Shown here one piece after another: positions 28,518 to 38,214 of a stretch of 64,000 nt of DNA (positions are counted from its first letter, which is position 1; each line of letters begins with the position of its first letter). The DNA is from Patescibacteria group bacterium (lineage in GTDB: Bacteria; Patescibacteriota; Patescibacteriia; JACQRZ01). The stretch covers positions 15,080 through 79,079 of the forward strand of contig JBBTRI010000004.1 in assembly GCA_038065255.1 (NCBI GenBank). The letters run 5' to 3'. The translations under genes and the position numbers were made by a program. The notes beneath the pieces were generated by a model. The model had not been told where the DNA came from. It did no database searches and worked only from the letters and a program-made list of their open reading frames with translations.

Positions 28518-29258
28518 CTAGTGGTGCGCTTCTTCGGTTGCCATTTTGATAAACACGATCGTGAGCATGGAAAACACCAATGCCTGGATAAAGCCAACAA
28601 ACAACTCAAGCGCCATAAACGGCAGAGGTACAATATACGGCACGAGCGTGTACATCACGATCAAAAGCACTTCTCCGGCAAAAATATTGCCAAACAAACG
28701 AAAAGAGAATGACACCAATTTTGCCACTTCTGAAATCAGTTCCAAAATCCCAACAAAAAAACTTATGGGGCTTTTGAAATTTAAAAATTTTGAAATATAT
28801 TTGGAAAACCCAATACTCATGACGCCGACCACCTGAATAGTAATAACACTGATAAGGGATAATGCGATAGTAAAGTTAAGGTCGGCCGCACTCGCACGAA
28901 TAAACGGTATAATAATTCGCTTTCCTTCATGTTCTTCCCAAAGCCCCACAGATCCCATGCCGGGTAAAAGCTCCGTCCAATTTGTGAGAATGATGAATAA
29001 GAAAATAGTTGCAATGAGAGGAAAGAATCTTTTGGTCTGTTCCTTATTGCCCATGACGCCTTCAACAATCCCAAACAAAAAATCGATAACAACCTCTGCA
29101 ATATTTTGAGCGCCCCTCGGCACGAGCGTAAGCTTGCGCGTTATGACATATCCCGCAACGCACAAAAAAACTATGATGATCCACGAAATCAGTATACTGT
29201 TCGTAACAGGAAACGAACCGATATGAAAAAGTGTTTCTGCGCTAATGGAGATATTCAT
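28518..29258 (-). CDS. atpB: Fo ATP synthase a subunit
   Basis: RLFGNIFAGEVLLIVMY (the conserved Arg-containing motif), and five TM segments. Confidence 0.85.
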   Translation of the reverse strand: MNISISAETLFHIGSFPVTNSILISWIIIVFLCVAGYVITRKLTLVPRGAQNIAEVVIDFLFGIVEGVMGNKEQTKRFFPLIATIFLFIILTNWTELLPGMGSVGLWEEHEGKRIIIPFIRASAADLNFTIALSLISVITIQVVGVMSIGFSKYISKFLNFKSPISFFVGILELISEVAKLVSFSFRLFGNIFAGEVLLIVMYTLVPYIVPLPFMALELFVGFIQALVFSMLTIVFIKMATEEAHH

Positions 29259-29611
29259 AGTTCTTTTTTATCTGAAGGCGAATTAGATGTATCATCAAGG
29301 ATTTCTTTTGTTTTGCGATACACAAGCACCGTTGAAATCACAATTGCAAAGAGAATACTTATAAGCAGAATAAGTGGTTTTGTTTTGAATGTAGAATCAA
29401 GAAATGCACCAAGAATCGCAAACCCAACAAGCGGCAATGCAATGAAGTACCCCATTTCAAGCGCTATGCCAAGCGCATGAAATTGTTTATTTTGTTCATT
29501 CTGTGCCACATTCAAGAGGTTTTTATAAAAACTAACAAGGACATTTGAAATGTCTTCATATAGTATAGTATACCACCTATAGGCATTTTTTGCAATTGAT
29601 GCCATTGACAA
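29255..29611 (-). CDS. AtpZ/AtpI-like small membrane protein preceding atpB
   Basis: The call rests on position immediately 5' of atpB (with a 4-bp overlap) and on two TM helices in the pattern GIALEMGYFIALPLVGFAILGAFLD. Confidence 0.5.
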   Translation of the reverse strand: MSMASIAKNAYRWYTILYEDISNVLVSFYKNLLNVAQNEQNKQFHALGIALEMGYFIALPLVGFAILGAFLDSTFKTKPLILLISILFAIVISTVLVYRKTKEILDDTSNSPSDKKEL

Positions 29612-29640
29612 TAACTAACTATAATGCAATACTTTGTTTT

Positions 29641-30048
29641 ATGAATTCCTCTATTCCCCAATGTATTCTAGTAGCTGAGGACGATGATATGATATGGGAA
29701 CTTGGGATTAGGAAATTATTCACTGTTCTTTTTCCAATCAGCAAACTCGTGCGCGCTCGGAATGAAGCAGAAGTATACATTGCCATTGCCAATCAGAAAC
29801 CCGACCTTATCACAATGGATGGCACTCTTGCTGACGGATCTCAAGGCCTAGCCATCGCGCGCGAACTTCGCACGCTCGATATTCAAGCTCCTATTGTTAT
29901 GCTTTCAGCCGCAGGGATGTCGGGACAAGAAATACGTGAGGCAGGCGCACAGGCCTACTGCCTTAAAATGGATATGTCAAAAAAACTCCCGGGCATCTTT
30001 GCCCAATTGGGATTTGCAACAGAACAAAACCCCGGCCGTTCACATTGA
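29641..30048 (+). CDS. stand-alone response-regulator receiver (CheY-like) domain protein
   Basis: ILVAEDDD acidic pocket, a DLITMDGTL phospho-acceptor Asp, and a conserved Lys near MDMSKK. The start is placed at the ATG at 29641, and there is no output domain. Confidence 0.7.
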   Translation: MNSSIPQCILVAEDDDMIWELGIRKLFTVLFPISKLVRARNEAEVYIAIANQKPDLITMDGTLADGSQGLAIARELRTLDIQAPIVMLSAAGMSGQEIREAGAQAYCLKMDMSKKLPGIFAQLGFATEQNPGRSH

Positions 30049-30058
30049 GCGGCATTTT

Positions 30059-30859
30059 TTATTCCAACCTAAAAAGCCGTTTGGCATTTTCTGTCGTTTG
30101 CCGTGCCACTTCTTCAGAAGATACGCCTCGTAATGATGCGACCTTGTCTACAACGAATTCAACATACATAGGAACATTGCGCTTTCCTCGAAATGGCACA
30201 GGAGTTAAATAGGGCGCATCTGTTTCTACAAGCAATTTTTCCAAGGGAAGATTTTTGACAATCTCGTCGTACTGCGATGCAAACGTGATAATGCCGGTGA
30301 ATGAAATAAGAAAACCCAGTTTCAAATACACCTCCGCCTGTTCGAGAGTGCCGGTAAAACAATGCAGCACGCCCCGCTCGCTATCCCCTTCTTTCCACTC
30401 ACCAAATGAACTGCTAAGTATCTCGATAATTTCTGTGTGAGTATTGCGGCTATGGATAATAAGTGGTTTTGAAAGTGCTTTTGATAGTGCAATATGCCGT
30501 TCAAAAAGCTCCTGCTGACGAGTTTTTTCCTGCTGAATATCAATTCCTTCCGGCAATCGATACCAATCAAGTCCTGTCTCCCCTATTGCAACAACTTTGA
30601 ATGAAGACGCTCCTAGCTGAAAAAATTTTTCATACTCAAAGACCTCCCTAGAGTCGTTAGGATGCTGACCCACGGCAGCCCATGTATGCGCGCCGATTGA
30701 TTCCGCACATTGGATAGCGGCAGCGCTGCTTTCGTAATCGCAGCCGACAATAATCATGCCAATGTTACTTCTCTGCGCTTGAGCAATAACATCATCACGA
30801 TCTACATCGTACTGTCGAAACTGAATTTGACAATGCGTATCAATAAGTCTGAGTGGCAT
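30059..30859 (-). CDS. tatD: TatD-family metal-dependent hydrolase (DNase)
   Basis: LIDTHCQ N-terminal motif, with His/Glu/Asp metal ligands spaced as in TatD (GETGLDWY, HSRNT, DAPYL). Confidence 0.85.
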   Translation of the reverse strand: MPLRLIDTHCQIQFRQYDVDRDDVIAQAQRSNIGMIIVGCDYESSAAAIQCAESIGAHTWAAVGQHPNDSREVFEYEKFFQLGASSFKVVAIGETGLDWYRLPEGIDIQQEKTRQQELFERHIALSKALSKPLIIHSRNTHTEIIEILSSSFGEWKEGDSERGVLHCFTGTLEQAEVYLKLGFLISFTGIITFASQYDEIVKNLPLEKLLVETDAPYLTPVPFRGKRNVPMYVEFVVDKVASLRGVSSEEVARQTTENAKRLFRLE

Positions 30860-30868
30860 ACGATTCAG

Positions 30869-31594
30869 CTATTTTTTCTTTTCAGAAGGCGCTGCCTTTT
30901 CCGACTTTGAATTTTTTGAATTCTTTGCTGATTGTTCCTGTTCTTTAAGTATTTCATCCAAAAAGCCTTTAAGCTGTTGGTACTCTTTTGAATTCATGTC
31001 AATATTCAACTTGCTGGGATCGATATTTTTTAGCTGATCAAGGTTAATATTTTTCGGATCAATAATACTCGGCAATCCCTGTGGCAGCTTTGAGGCATCA
31101 GGCAATAGCGGTGTAAGCATGGTATTCACCGTATTAATTACCGGCAGAAATGGTGACTGCTTTAATTGCTCTGTAAGTTTTGTCGAAAAAGGAAAATGCA
31201 GCAGAAGAAAAACGGTTGCACTTACCAATAACACTCCTTCAAGTACGCCAATAATGCCACCCAGCAGCCTATTGGTAAACTTCATGAAGGGCGCAAATGA
31301 AAAAATACGAAACATGTAGTCCGCAATGCTTATAACAATGCCAAATGCAAATTGTGTGCCAAAGAATAAAAGGCCATATGCCGCAACTACCGAAAGTTGT
31401 TGCGCAATAATCTGCCACTGGGAGAATGATGGTTTGAGATAGACTGCAACGGCAGGGTGGTATGTTGCAGCAATCCATAGAGCAAGGAAAAATCCGGCGA
31501 TCGATCCGATTTGCTTAATAAATCCGCGGACAAACCCCATGAGGAAAAAAATGGCAAGGATGATGAGGATAATAACGTCGGGGTTGAAAGACAT
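30869..31594 (-). CDS. CvpA-family membrane protein with a C-terminal Lys-rich extension
   Basis: The N-terminus DVIILIILAIFFLMGFVRGFIKQIGSIAGFFLALWIA is CvpA-like. It has four TM segments and a hydrophilic C-terminal tail. Confidence 0.5.
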   Translation of the reverse strand: MSFNPDVIILIILAIFFLMGFVRGFIKQIGSIAGFFLALWIAATYHPAVAVYLKPSFSQWQIIAQQLSVVAAYGLLFFGTQFAFGIVISIADYMFRIFSFAPFMKFTNRLLGGIIGVLEGVLLVSATVFLLLHFPFSTKLTEQLKQSPFLPVINTVNTMLTPLLPDASKLPQGLPSIIDPKNINLDQLKNIDPSKLNIDMNSKEYQQLKGFLDEILKEQEQSAKNSKNSKSEKAAPSEKKK

Positions 31595-31603
31595 ATGCTC
31601 TCG

Positions 31604-33115
31604 TTATGGCAATGGTGGAAAAAGGCTTTCGCTCTTTGTAATATGTTCTATTGGGACACTGCTGATCGTGCGTGATTGTTCACATGTAAGTGATCGCTGT
31701 TGTTCTCCGATGCCAAGCTGTTCCCATATTTTTTCAGCTGTTTTGGGCATAAACGGATAGACCATTACACTGATATGGCGCAATACTTCTACAAGCGTTT
31801 GTATAACAGCAGTATAGCGGGCTTTATCGCTTTTTGAAAGCGCCCACGGCTTTTGCTGCTCGATATACTTATCGCCAAATGATATGAGATTCCATACTTC
31901 ACTGAGCGCTTCGTCGGGGTGATACTCTTCCATTGCATGCGTCCATTCATTCCAACACTCTCCAATTGCATCCTTTGCCTCGCTATCTAGAGACACCGGC
32001 GAAGCAGAATTATATTCTCGCGATGCCATTGTTGCTACGCGACTCGTAAAATTACCCAAACCTTTCGCAAGATCCGCCGTGTAGCGCTCTTTAAGACGAC
32101 TAAAGGAAAAATCACCATCTGAACCGAAGGGAATCTCACGCGCCAGAAAGTAGCGAAGCACATCATTGCCATAACTTTGCGCCAATGCAACAGGATCGAT
32201 TGCATTGCCCATTGATTTGCCCATTTTGTGTCCATCGATAGTAAAAAACCCGTGCGCAAATACTCTTTTGGGAAGCGGCAGGCCGGCAGCCATCAACATT
32301 GCAGGCCAGAGAGCGCAATGAAACTTGATAATATCCTTGCCAACCACATGCATATCCGCAGGCCAATGTTTACCAAACAGTTCATCATTCCATCCATACC
32401 CCACACCCGTGAGGTAGTTGATAAGCGCGTCGAACCAGACATAGATGACCTGGGACTCATCAATAGGAATCGGGATTCCCCACTTCGCACTCTGTCGCGA
32501 GATACTAATGTCTTCCATGTGATGTTCGATGTAATTGCGGATTTCATTACGGCGGCTTACCGGCTGGATGAAATCAGGATGCGCATCAATATGCTCAAGA
32601 AGGCGGTCGCGATAGCTTGTCAGTTTGAAAAAATAATTCTCCTCCTTGATTTCTTGGGGCGGGCACGGATGATTGGGACAGTTGCCATTCACCAAATCAC
32701 TCTCACGCACGAACGCCTCGCATCCCGTACAGTAGAGACCTGTGTATGTTCCTTTGTAGATGTCGCCTTTTTCATGGACGGCGAGAAAAAACTTTTTTAC
32801 CCCTTGTTTGTGCCGTTCTTCAGTGGTGCGAATAAAATCCGTATAAAGGATATCTAAACTGTCCCACGTACTTCGCCACAACGCTGATTGCGCATCAATA
32901 AACCGCTGAATGTCTGTTTCTCCACTTTTAAGAGCTGCATCAAGGCTCCCCTGGCTATTCTCATCCGTACCGGTTAGGAAAAATGCGTCTTCACCCTTCA
33001 TGCGATGGTACCGTGTAAAAATATCCGCAATGATCGTGGTATATGCATGCCCGATATGGGGTTTGTCATTGATATAATAAATCGGCGTGGTGATGGTGTA
33101 GGATTTTTGCGGCAT
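31604..33115 (-). CDS. metG: methionine--tRNA ligase
   Basis: HIGHAYTTIIADIFTRY (HIGH motif), GHKMGKSMGN (KMSKS motif), and a CxxC...CxxH zinc knuckle (CTGCEAF...CPNHPC). Confidence 0.9.
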   Translation of the reverse strand: MPQKSYTITTPIYYINDKPHIGHAYTTIIADIFTRYHRMKGEDAFFLTGTDENSQGSLDAALKSGETDIQRFIDAQSALWRSTWDSLDILYTDFIRTTEERHKQGVKKFFLAVHEKGDIYKGTYTGLYCTGCEAFVRESDLVNGNCPNHPCPPQEIKEENYFFKLTSYRDRLLEHIDAHPDFIQPVSRRNEIRNYIEHHMEDISISRQSAKWGIPIPIDESQVIYVWFDALINYLTGVGYGWNDELFGKHWPADMHVVGKDIIKFHCALWPAMLMAAGLPLPKRVFAHGFFTIDGHKMGKSMGNAIDPVALAQSYGNDVLRYFLAREIPFGSDGDFSFSRLKERYTADLAKGLGNFTSRVATMASREYNSASPVSLDSEAKDAIGECWNEWTHAMEEYHPDEALSEVWNLISFGDKYIEQQKPWALSKSDKARYTAVIQTLVEVLRHISVMVYPFMPKTAEKIWEQLGIGEQQRSLTCEQSRTISSVPIEHITKSESLFPPLP

Positions 33116-33160
33116 AGTATGGATCAGACTGTATACGATAGAGGCGATTTTAGCAATATG

Positions 33161-34615
33161 CTACGGCGTCAATTTCATGTTTGGCGCCATAAATTGCGGC
33201 TGCATTTTTTCCATGTCTTCAGCTTCGATTTCTATCGTATCGCTCGTTGAGATTTTGAGTTTCATTGTCCGTTCGGGTTTTAAGTGATTATGGTAATAAT
33301 ACTTCCCGGGTTTGGTAAACGTATATTCAAAATACGATCCCGGCGCGATGCTTTTTAAGGAGTTAAATTCAGGAACTGAAGTATGCGTCGGATGTGGATC
33401 TGCCGCAATCCATAGATCGTGTGATGATGCGTTATAAAAATAGACTTTCTTTCCCACTTTGCCGTAATTCCAGAAGTCATGCGCCTCATCTTTATAACAA
33501 ATCACATCAAGTGTTTGATAGCTCGATGCCCGCGACTGCTCGCATGCGCGTCCACTCGTGAGATCATCAAACCCTTTTGACGTATTCTGTTTTGAATTGA
33601 GATTTTTGGTCGATTGTATCAATGATTGAAGTGTTTTGCCTGTATTTTTTATGTCTTTTACGATGCGTTCATAGACTCCGCGAATGCTTCCCGGGGGAAC
33701 ACTCGGGAATTCATCAATATCATCATCAAGATTGGTGATTGTTTCTTTTATATCAGCAAGTGCGTCTTGGAGATCTTGTTTTTCCTCATCTCCATCCTGC
33801 CACTTGAGGGATGGTTCCAATTGGAGTGCCAAATCCTCATAGGTTTCCAGTGTACTCTTTAGTTGAGTGCTGGCTTTCTGGAGTTCAAATACTGGTATGC
33901 GCTTACTCAAAATCCCGAGAGCAATAAGCTCTCGCACAGCCAATTCGATTGCGGATCTCTCTTTTGCCTGTTCAATTCTATTTCCAATTGCACGAACTTT
34001 TTCCAGATCGGCTGTAAGCGGCTGAATAAGATTTTCCAGTCCTAAATAACGAGCGCTTTTCATCGCATCATCAAGTCTGCGAGTGCGCAACACTACCTCT
34101 GCCTTTCCCGCCGCAACCACTTTTTTGATGCCGTATTTTTTTGATGGTTTGGGAAGCTTAGGCATTCTCTCTGACAATGCTTTCGGTAAAGGTCCCGATT
34201 GAAGCTGGGGCACCTTTGTTCTAAAGATATCCTGTTCCTTCTTCTTTACAACAAGCACGTCGGACTCATGGTCGGGCCGCAAATGATTATGGTACTCCCA
34301 ACTCCCCCTTTTCTTGAACGTATATGACCATGACTGGCCAGGAAGAATCATTCCTGAATCAAGATCAGACAAGAGATCGTGGGTTGGATGGCTACCTGAC
34401 GCCACATTAAGGTTTTCTTTAGAATCATTTCTAAAAAGTATCTTCGTACCCTGCTCAATGACGGCAGATCCGGAAAAGAATCCCTCTTCGTCATAGCATT
34501 GTACTTCGGTTTTCGGTTCTGAAGACCCGTTGCAAAAACGCGCCGCATCCGCTTCTTGGATAGAAAAAAGAAAAAGGGCGCTCATAAATCCAATAAAAAA
34601 GAATAGTCTATGCAT
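33161..34615 (-). CDS. secreted protein with two repeated His-motif beta-domains flanking a helical region
   Basis: Signal peptide MHRLFFFIGFMSALFLFSIQEADA. The N- and C-terminal domains repeat GSHPTHD...GSWEYHNHLRPD and DPHPTHT...GKYYYHNHLKPE. Confidence 0.45.
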   Translation of the reverse strand: MHRLFFFIGFMSALFLFSIQEADAARFCNGSSEPKTEVQCYDEEGFFSGSAVIEQGTKILFRNDSKENLNVASGSHPTHDLLSDLDSGMILPGQSWSYTFKKRGSWEYHNHLRPDHESDVLVVKKKEQDIFRTKVPQLQSGPLPKALSERMPKLPKPSKKYGIKKVVAAGKAEVVLRTRRLDDAMKSARYLGLENLIQPLTADLEKVRAIGNRIEQAKERSAIELAVRELIALGILSKRIPVFELQKASTQLKSTLETYEDLALQLEPSLKWQDGDEEKQDLQDALADIKETITNLDDDIDEFPSVPPGSIRGVYERIVKDIKNTGKTLQSLIQSTKNLNSKQNTSKGFDDLTSGRACEQSRASSYQTLDVICYKDEAHDFWNYGKVGKKVYFYNASSHDLWIAADPHPTHTSVPEFNSLKSIAPGSYFEYTFTKPGKYYYHNHLKPERTMKLKISTSDTIEIEAEDMEKMQPQFMAPNMKLTP

Positions 34616-34699
34616 AAGAACACATGGTTAATAATAGGTACTTATAGAGTATCACAATGGGGGTGTATCACGCCAGAGAATATAAAAAAAGACGCGGAA

Positions 34700-35203
34700 T
34701 TAGCGCGTCGAGCGGTCCATGGGGACCCACTTCATAAGCAATTCGGCAACATGCCAAATATACTTGTCATGGTTCTTTTCAGCAACTGGACATTCTGTAT
34801 AAATACCGCTCCCGTCATTAAACTGTACGGCAAGTCCATAATGCTGTGGGCCATTGGGCGTCTTCAGCCACATAAGGTTTCCATGCAGAGTAATGGACCC
34901 CGTCGGTACTTGTGTGCGGTGATCATTCAGGATCTTATTAACTTGCGCACCCAGCTCTTTGGCATTGGGACCCAGAAATACAATCTCTTTCACGGGGAGA
35001 TTGTTGTACTTTGTTGATTCCCCTCTATTTGAGAATAAAGATAATCCACAAAACACCACAGCCATAACAACCACTATCATAGGTAGCCAAAGAAATGGCG
35101 GTAGTCTAAAAGTAAAGGTGTATTCGCGTTCGAATAGTGTATCTAGTGTATCTTTTGAAGGAACTACAATCTTACTCTCTTCTCTCATCTCTCTTTTTGA
35201 CAT
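34700..35203 (-). CDS. hypothetical membrane-anchored protein
   Basis: An ORF with one TM segment (LWLPMIVVVMAVVFCGLSLF). I recognised no family. Confidence 0.35.
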   Translation of the reverse strand: MSKREMREESKIVVPSKDTLDTLFEREYTFTFRLPPFLWLPMIVVVMAVVFCGLSLFSNRGESTKYNNLPVKEIVFLGPNAKELGAQVNKILNDHRTQVPTGSITLHGNLMWLKTPNGPQHYGLAVQFNDGSGIYTECPVAEKNHDKYIWHVAELLMKWVPMDRSTR

Positions 35204-35295
35204 CCCTATCTAAGCACATTTTTGCCTTTTTGTCAAGACCCCCACATTCTGCAATCTAAAATACGGGATGCGACTCCCTAGACAATTCTCATGAT

Positions 35296-35778
35296 TTGTG
35301 CTATACTTTCGAAAGTACAAAAAAGATGAAAATTCAGGATCCTCTTGATGTGAAGATAAAGACAAACGTCTGTGTACGCTCGCTCCTTGAATTCGGTTTT
35401 CCCAAAGAGTATATTGCCGCAGAGCTTCATGTTCCATTAGATCGCGTCACTGAAGCGGAAAGCATGTTTGGAGGCCCCGATTCCTTCCCTCCGCCTGTCA
35501 CTGACTCCATGCAATATGTCGTGCGATTCAATACGTTTCTGAATAATCCGGGTACGCCAATCGAAGACGCACAGCTTCTCTCCTCGATTGACAAAGCGCG
35601 TGCGCGCATACTTGCCAGCATTATGGCTCAATGGTTTGATTGGTGCCCCCATGCAATGGCTGGCATGGTCAAAAGCACAATTGAAGCGACAGAAAGAGCG
35701 CGCAGAGTAGGTGGCACGTATGCGATAGGAATTGCCTTTGTTGAATACCAAGATCATCCACCCAACAACCAGCACTAA
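35296..35778 (+). CDS. hypothetical protein
   Basis: An ORF followed by a terminator hairpin, with no recognisable motifs. Confidence 0.35.
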   Translation: MCYTFESTKKMKIQDPLDVKIKTNVCVRSLLEFGFPKEYIAAELHVPLDRVTEAESMFGGPDSFPPPVTDSMQYVVRFNTFLNNPGTPIEDAQLLSSIDKARARILASIMAQWFDWCPHAMAGMVKSTIEATERARRVGGTYAIGIAFVEYQDHPPNNQH

Positions 35779-35799
35779 CCGCTGGTTTTATTTTTTTTT
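35769..35799 (+). terminator. rho-independent terminator
   Basis: ccagc-actaacc-gctgg followed by ttttattttttttt. The TAA stop codon sits in the loop. Confidence 0.5.
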
Positions 35800-35803
35800 G
35801 AAA

Positions 35804-35831
35804 TAAAAAAACCGGCGATTCCATGGCCGGT
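35804..35831 (-). terminator. rho-independent terminator for the convergent minus-strand gene
   Basis: On the minus strand the sequence reads accggc-catggaatc-gccggt followed by ttttttt. It abuts the stop codon of the ParB-like gene. Confidence 0.5.
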
Positions 35832-36826
35832 TATTGCGTGTGCTGTTGCGCCCTACTTTCCGCTTCGCGCTTGTCAACAACATCTTTCGCATTTCCGATT
35901 GCTTCAAGTAATTCATTAAGATTGTCTTGTGCTCTCTTCCCTGCTTCAAGCAAGTACTCGCACTCCCATACTTTTCGTCCCTCGAGCATTCGGACAAGTG
36001 TAGCGCTCTTAATATCGAGAAGAATTCCTGAGCGCTCATCTATGTCACGGATGAGATTCCTCATAATATCATAATTATCCTTTGGCCCGCGTTCTGCAGC
36101 TGCCTTGGTGGCGTGACCCTGTACGCTTTCCAGATATTTCATGATATCGTGCCGTGCAGCGAATTGGCGCTTACCAACAATTCTTGTCGCAAGAAAACTC
36201 TGTGCCGTATGATCGAGAGTTGTAAGAAGGATCGCATTCGAAAGCGTCAGGCGCTTGTCTTCCGGGGTTGACGGTTCAAGAAGGTGTTGAACATCAGGAT
36301 GAAGATTGTTCAAGCTTAGATGCTGATCGACCCATCCAACTGACTTTCCGAACATTTGAGCAATCATCTTTCTGGGTCTGCTTTTGCCGTCCACAAGCCG
36401 AGAGCTCATCCGCAATACCATGCGAGCATGCTCCATGGGAGTGTGCCCATCCCGGCAGAAATTGGCAATCGCAGAACTCTCAAAGCGTTCGTCATCGTCG
36501 ATGTCTTCTATGAATCCCCGAACCTCGCAGCGAAGCCATTCAATATTAACTTCTTCAAGAAATGATCCCTGCCAACGGCATTCGCCATCAATAAGGCCGA
36601 GACGATAATCGGGATTATTCTGAACGATTAGTGTAATCAAGCTCGATTCTTGGCCATGCACTTTCATACTCAATCCCTTTTCGCGAACTTTCATGGGATC
36701 AAAATAGATGCGCGGTTGGCCTGCGAAACGTTCAATGCGGTCACGATGGGCCATAACAACCATTCCGGGGCGTAGTTCTATTTCATGTGCGAAGGGATAG
36801 ACAATCGAAGCATTCGTCATACTCAT
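35831..36826 (-). CDS. ParB/Sulfiredoxin-like N-terminal domain protein (orphan ParB-like, no partner ParA)
   Basis: LGLIDGECRWQG resembles the ParB GERRxRA box, and KMIAQMFGKSVGWVDQHLSL forms an HTH. No ParA-like gene is adjacent. Confidence 0.5.
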   Translation of the reverse strand: MSMTNASIVYPFAHEIELRPGMVVMAHRDRIERFAGQPRIYFDPMKVREKGLSMKVHGQESSLITLIVQNNPDYRLGLIDGECRWQGSFLEEVNIEWLRCEVRGFIEDIDDDERFESSAIANFCRDGHTPMEHARMVLRMSSRLVDGKSRPRKMIAQMFGKSVGWVDQHLSLNNLHPDVQHLLEPSTPEDKRLTLSNAILLTTLDHTAQSFLATRIVGKRQFAARHDIMKYLESVQGHATKAAAERGPKDNYDIMRNLIRDIDERSGILLDIKSATLVRMLEGRKVWECEYLLEAGKRAQDNLNELLEAIGNAKDVVDKREAESRAQQHTQ

Positions 36827-36883
36827 GATGAAATGTACAGTAAGTCAATAATAAGTAACCTTAAAAAAAATACAAGTGCACAC

Positions 36884-36911
36884 TTGACATACTGCGGGTA
36901 TTTTCTAATAT
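36884..36911 (+). promoter_or_regulatory. sigma-70-type promoter
   Basis: TTGACA (36884-36889), a 16-nt spacer, TAATAT (36906-36911), about 40 nt upstream of the ATG at 36954. Confidence 0.4.
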
Positions 36912-36953
36912 CACATTGATGAAACGAACAGTATTGTTCCTTACAATTCGACC

Positions 36954-37631
36954 ATGACATACGAACTTGTAGATATTGCCAGAGGTATTGCGCAGCACTT
37001 CACAAATCAGCCAAGTACGGTGCTTGGTACTCATGCTCTTTGGGATCGGGATGGCATGCGCCTAGCATTAGTTAAACTCATTATCCGCTATACCAACTAT
37101 TGCAACCGCTATGATTTGGAGATGTTAGATATCGATTTACTTGATTTCATCGCATGCAATGAAGACTTCAATGCCCGCTATGGCATGCGCGCTCCACGAC
37201 TCTATATCGGTATGATCATCGGCATTGCTGCACATCTGAATCTCTTTGAATATATGCCTTCGTACCAGCAGTCATCCCAAGATATGCGAATGGGCACAGA
37301 TGGCAATCATGAAAATGGCGATGTTCCTGAAGAACTTAAACGCATCAGCATATTCGATCTTCTAAGAATTGAGCCTATTCACTATGCAGATTCGCTTGTA
37401 GCTGCTCTGCCGTGCATGGCGCACTCGCATGCATTTCTTTCATCGCTTATCTCTCGTAGTTTTAAGTATGAGGTATTCCGAAAACTCAAGGGCTATGACC
37501 ATCTCTTTGGTTGGAGTGAGTACGTTCATGCACTTGCCGCTAAAACGCTCCTCCTTCCCGGAATCAAACAAACACCGAGAGGAATATGCATTGACCGCGA
37601 TATACTCTTAGCTCACCATGCTGGCAAATAA
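36954..37631 (+). CDS. hypothetical protein
   Basis: A 225-aa ORF whose 3' end overlaps the sigma-like gene by 14 bp. I recognised no family. Confidence 0.4.
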   Translation: MTYELVDIARGIAQHFTNQPSTVLGTHALWDRDGMRLALVKLIIRYTNYCNRYDLEMLDIDLLDFIACNEDFNARYGMRAPRLYIGMIIGIAAHLNLFEYMPSYQQSSQDMRMGTDGNHENGDVPEELKRISIFDLLRIEPIHYADSLVAALPCMAHSHAFLSSLISRSFKYEVFRKLKGYDHLFGWSEYVHALAAKTLLLPGIKQTPRGICIDRDILLAHHAGK

Positions 37632-38214
37632 TCAATTACGCGAACTTCTTGTCGCTTATCATCAGAAGCCGAATACTTCACAACTCGCCGCCCTTGCCAC
37701 CGAACTCTATCCGCTCATAAATAAGGTCTATACGAGCCTGCATATTGATTATTCATGGAATAGGGACCAACTCACCAGCATAGGACACGGGAAACTTCTA
37801 CATCTTCTCACAAACAAAGAAATTCTTCGCGCACAATCCGTTCGCGCATTTGTAATTCAGAGCCTAAAGAATGCTATGCTTGATGCCCTAAAACACCAAC
37901 ATGAAAGTGTTGGCATCGAAGATGATGTGCGAAACGAAATGGCAGAGATAGCCATTCCCGGTCCGGATGAACTATTGGCAGATGATGTTGCGAATGAAAC
38001 ACGCCTTCTTGCCGCAATGGATGCTCTTGAATCACTTCCGCTCGATCGAAAAACAATGCTCTATTTGTACTACTTTGCAGGCTGGACGTTCCAAGAAATT
38101 GCGGATTCATTCGGCTGGGGACGAGGCCTCAAGGGACATACATCGGTGCATGTCAAGCGTTCCACGCAGGAACTGGCAGAGTATCCCGGCCTATGGTCGC
38201 TGTATCACTTATGA
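37618..38214 (+). CDS. sigma-70-family (ECF-like) RNA polymerase sigma factor-like protein
   Basis: The C-terminal LESLPLDRKTMLYLYYFAGWTFQEIADSFGWGRGLKGHTSVHVKRSTQEL fits sigma region 4 (HTH). The region-2-like N-terminus is weaker. Confidence 0.45.
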   Translation: MLANNQLRELLVAYHQKPNTSQLAALATELYPLINKVYTSLHIDYSWNRDQLTSIGHGKLLHLLTNKEILRAQSVRAFVIQSLKNAMLDALKHQHESVGIEDDVRNEMAEIAIPGPDELLADDVANETRLLAAMDALESLPLDRKTMLYLYYFAGWTFQEIADSFGWGRGLKGHTSVHVKRSTQELAEYPGLWSLYHL

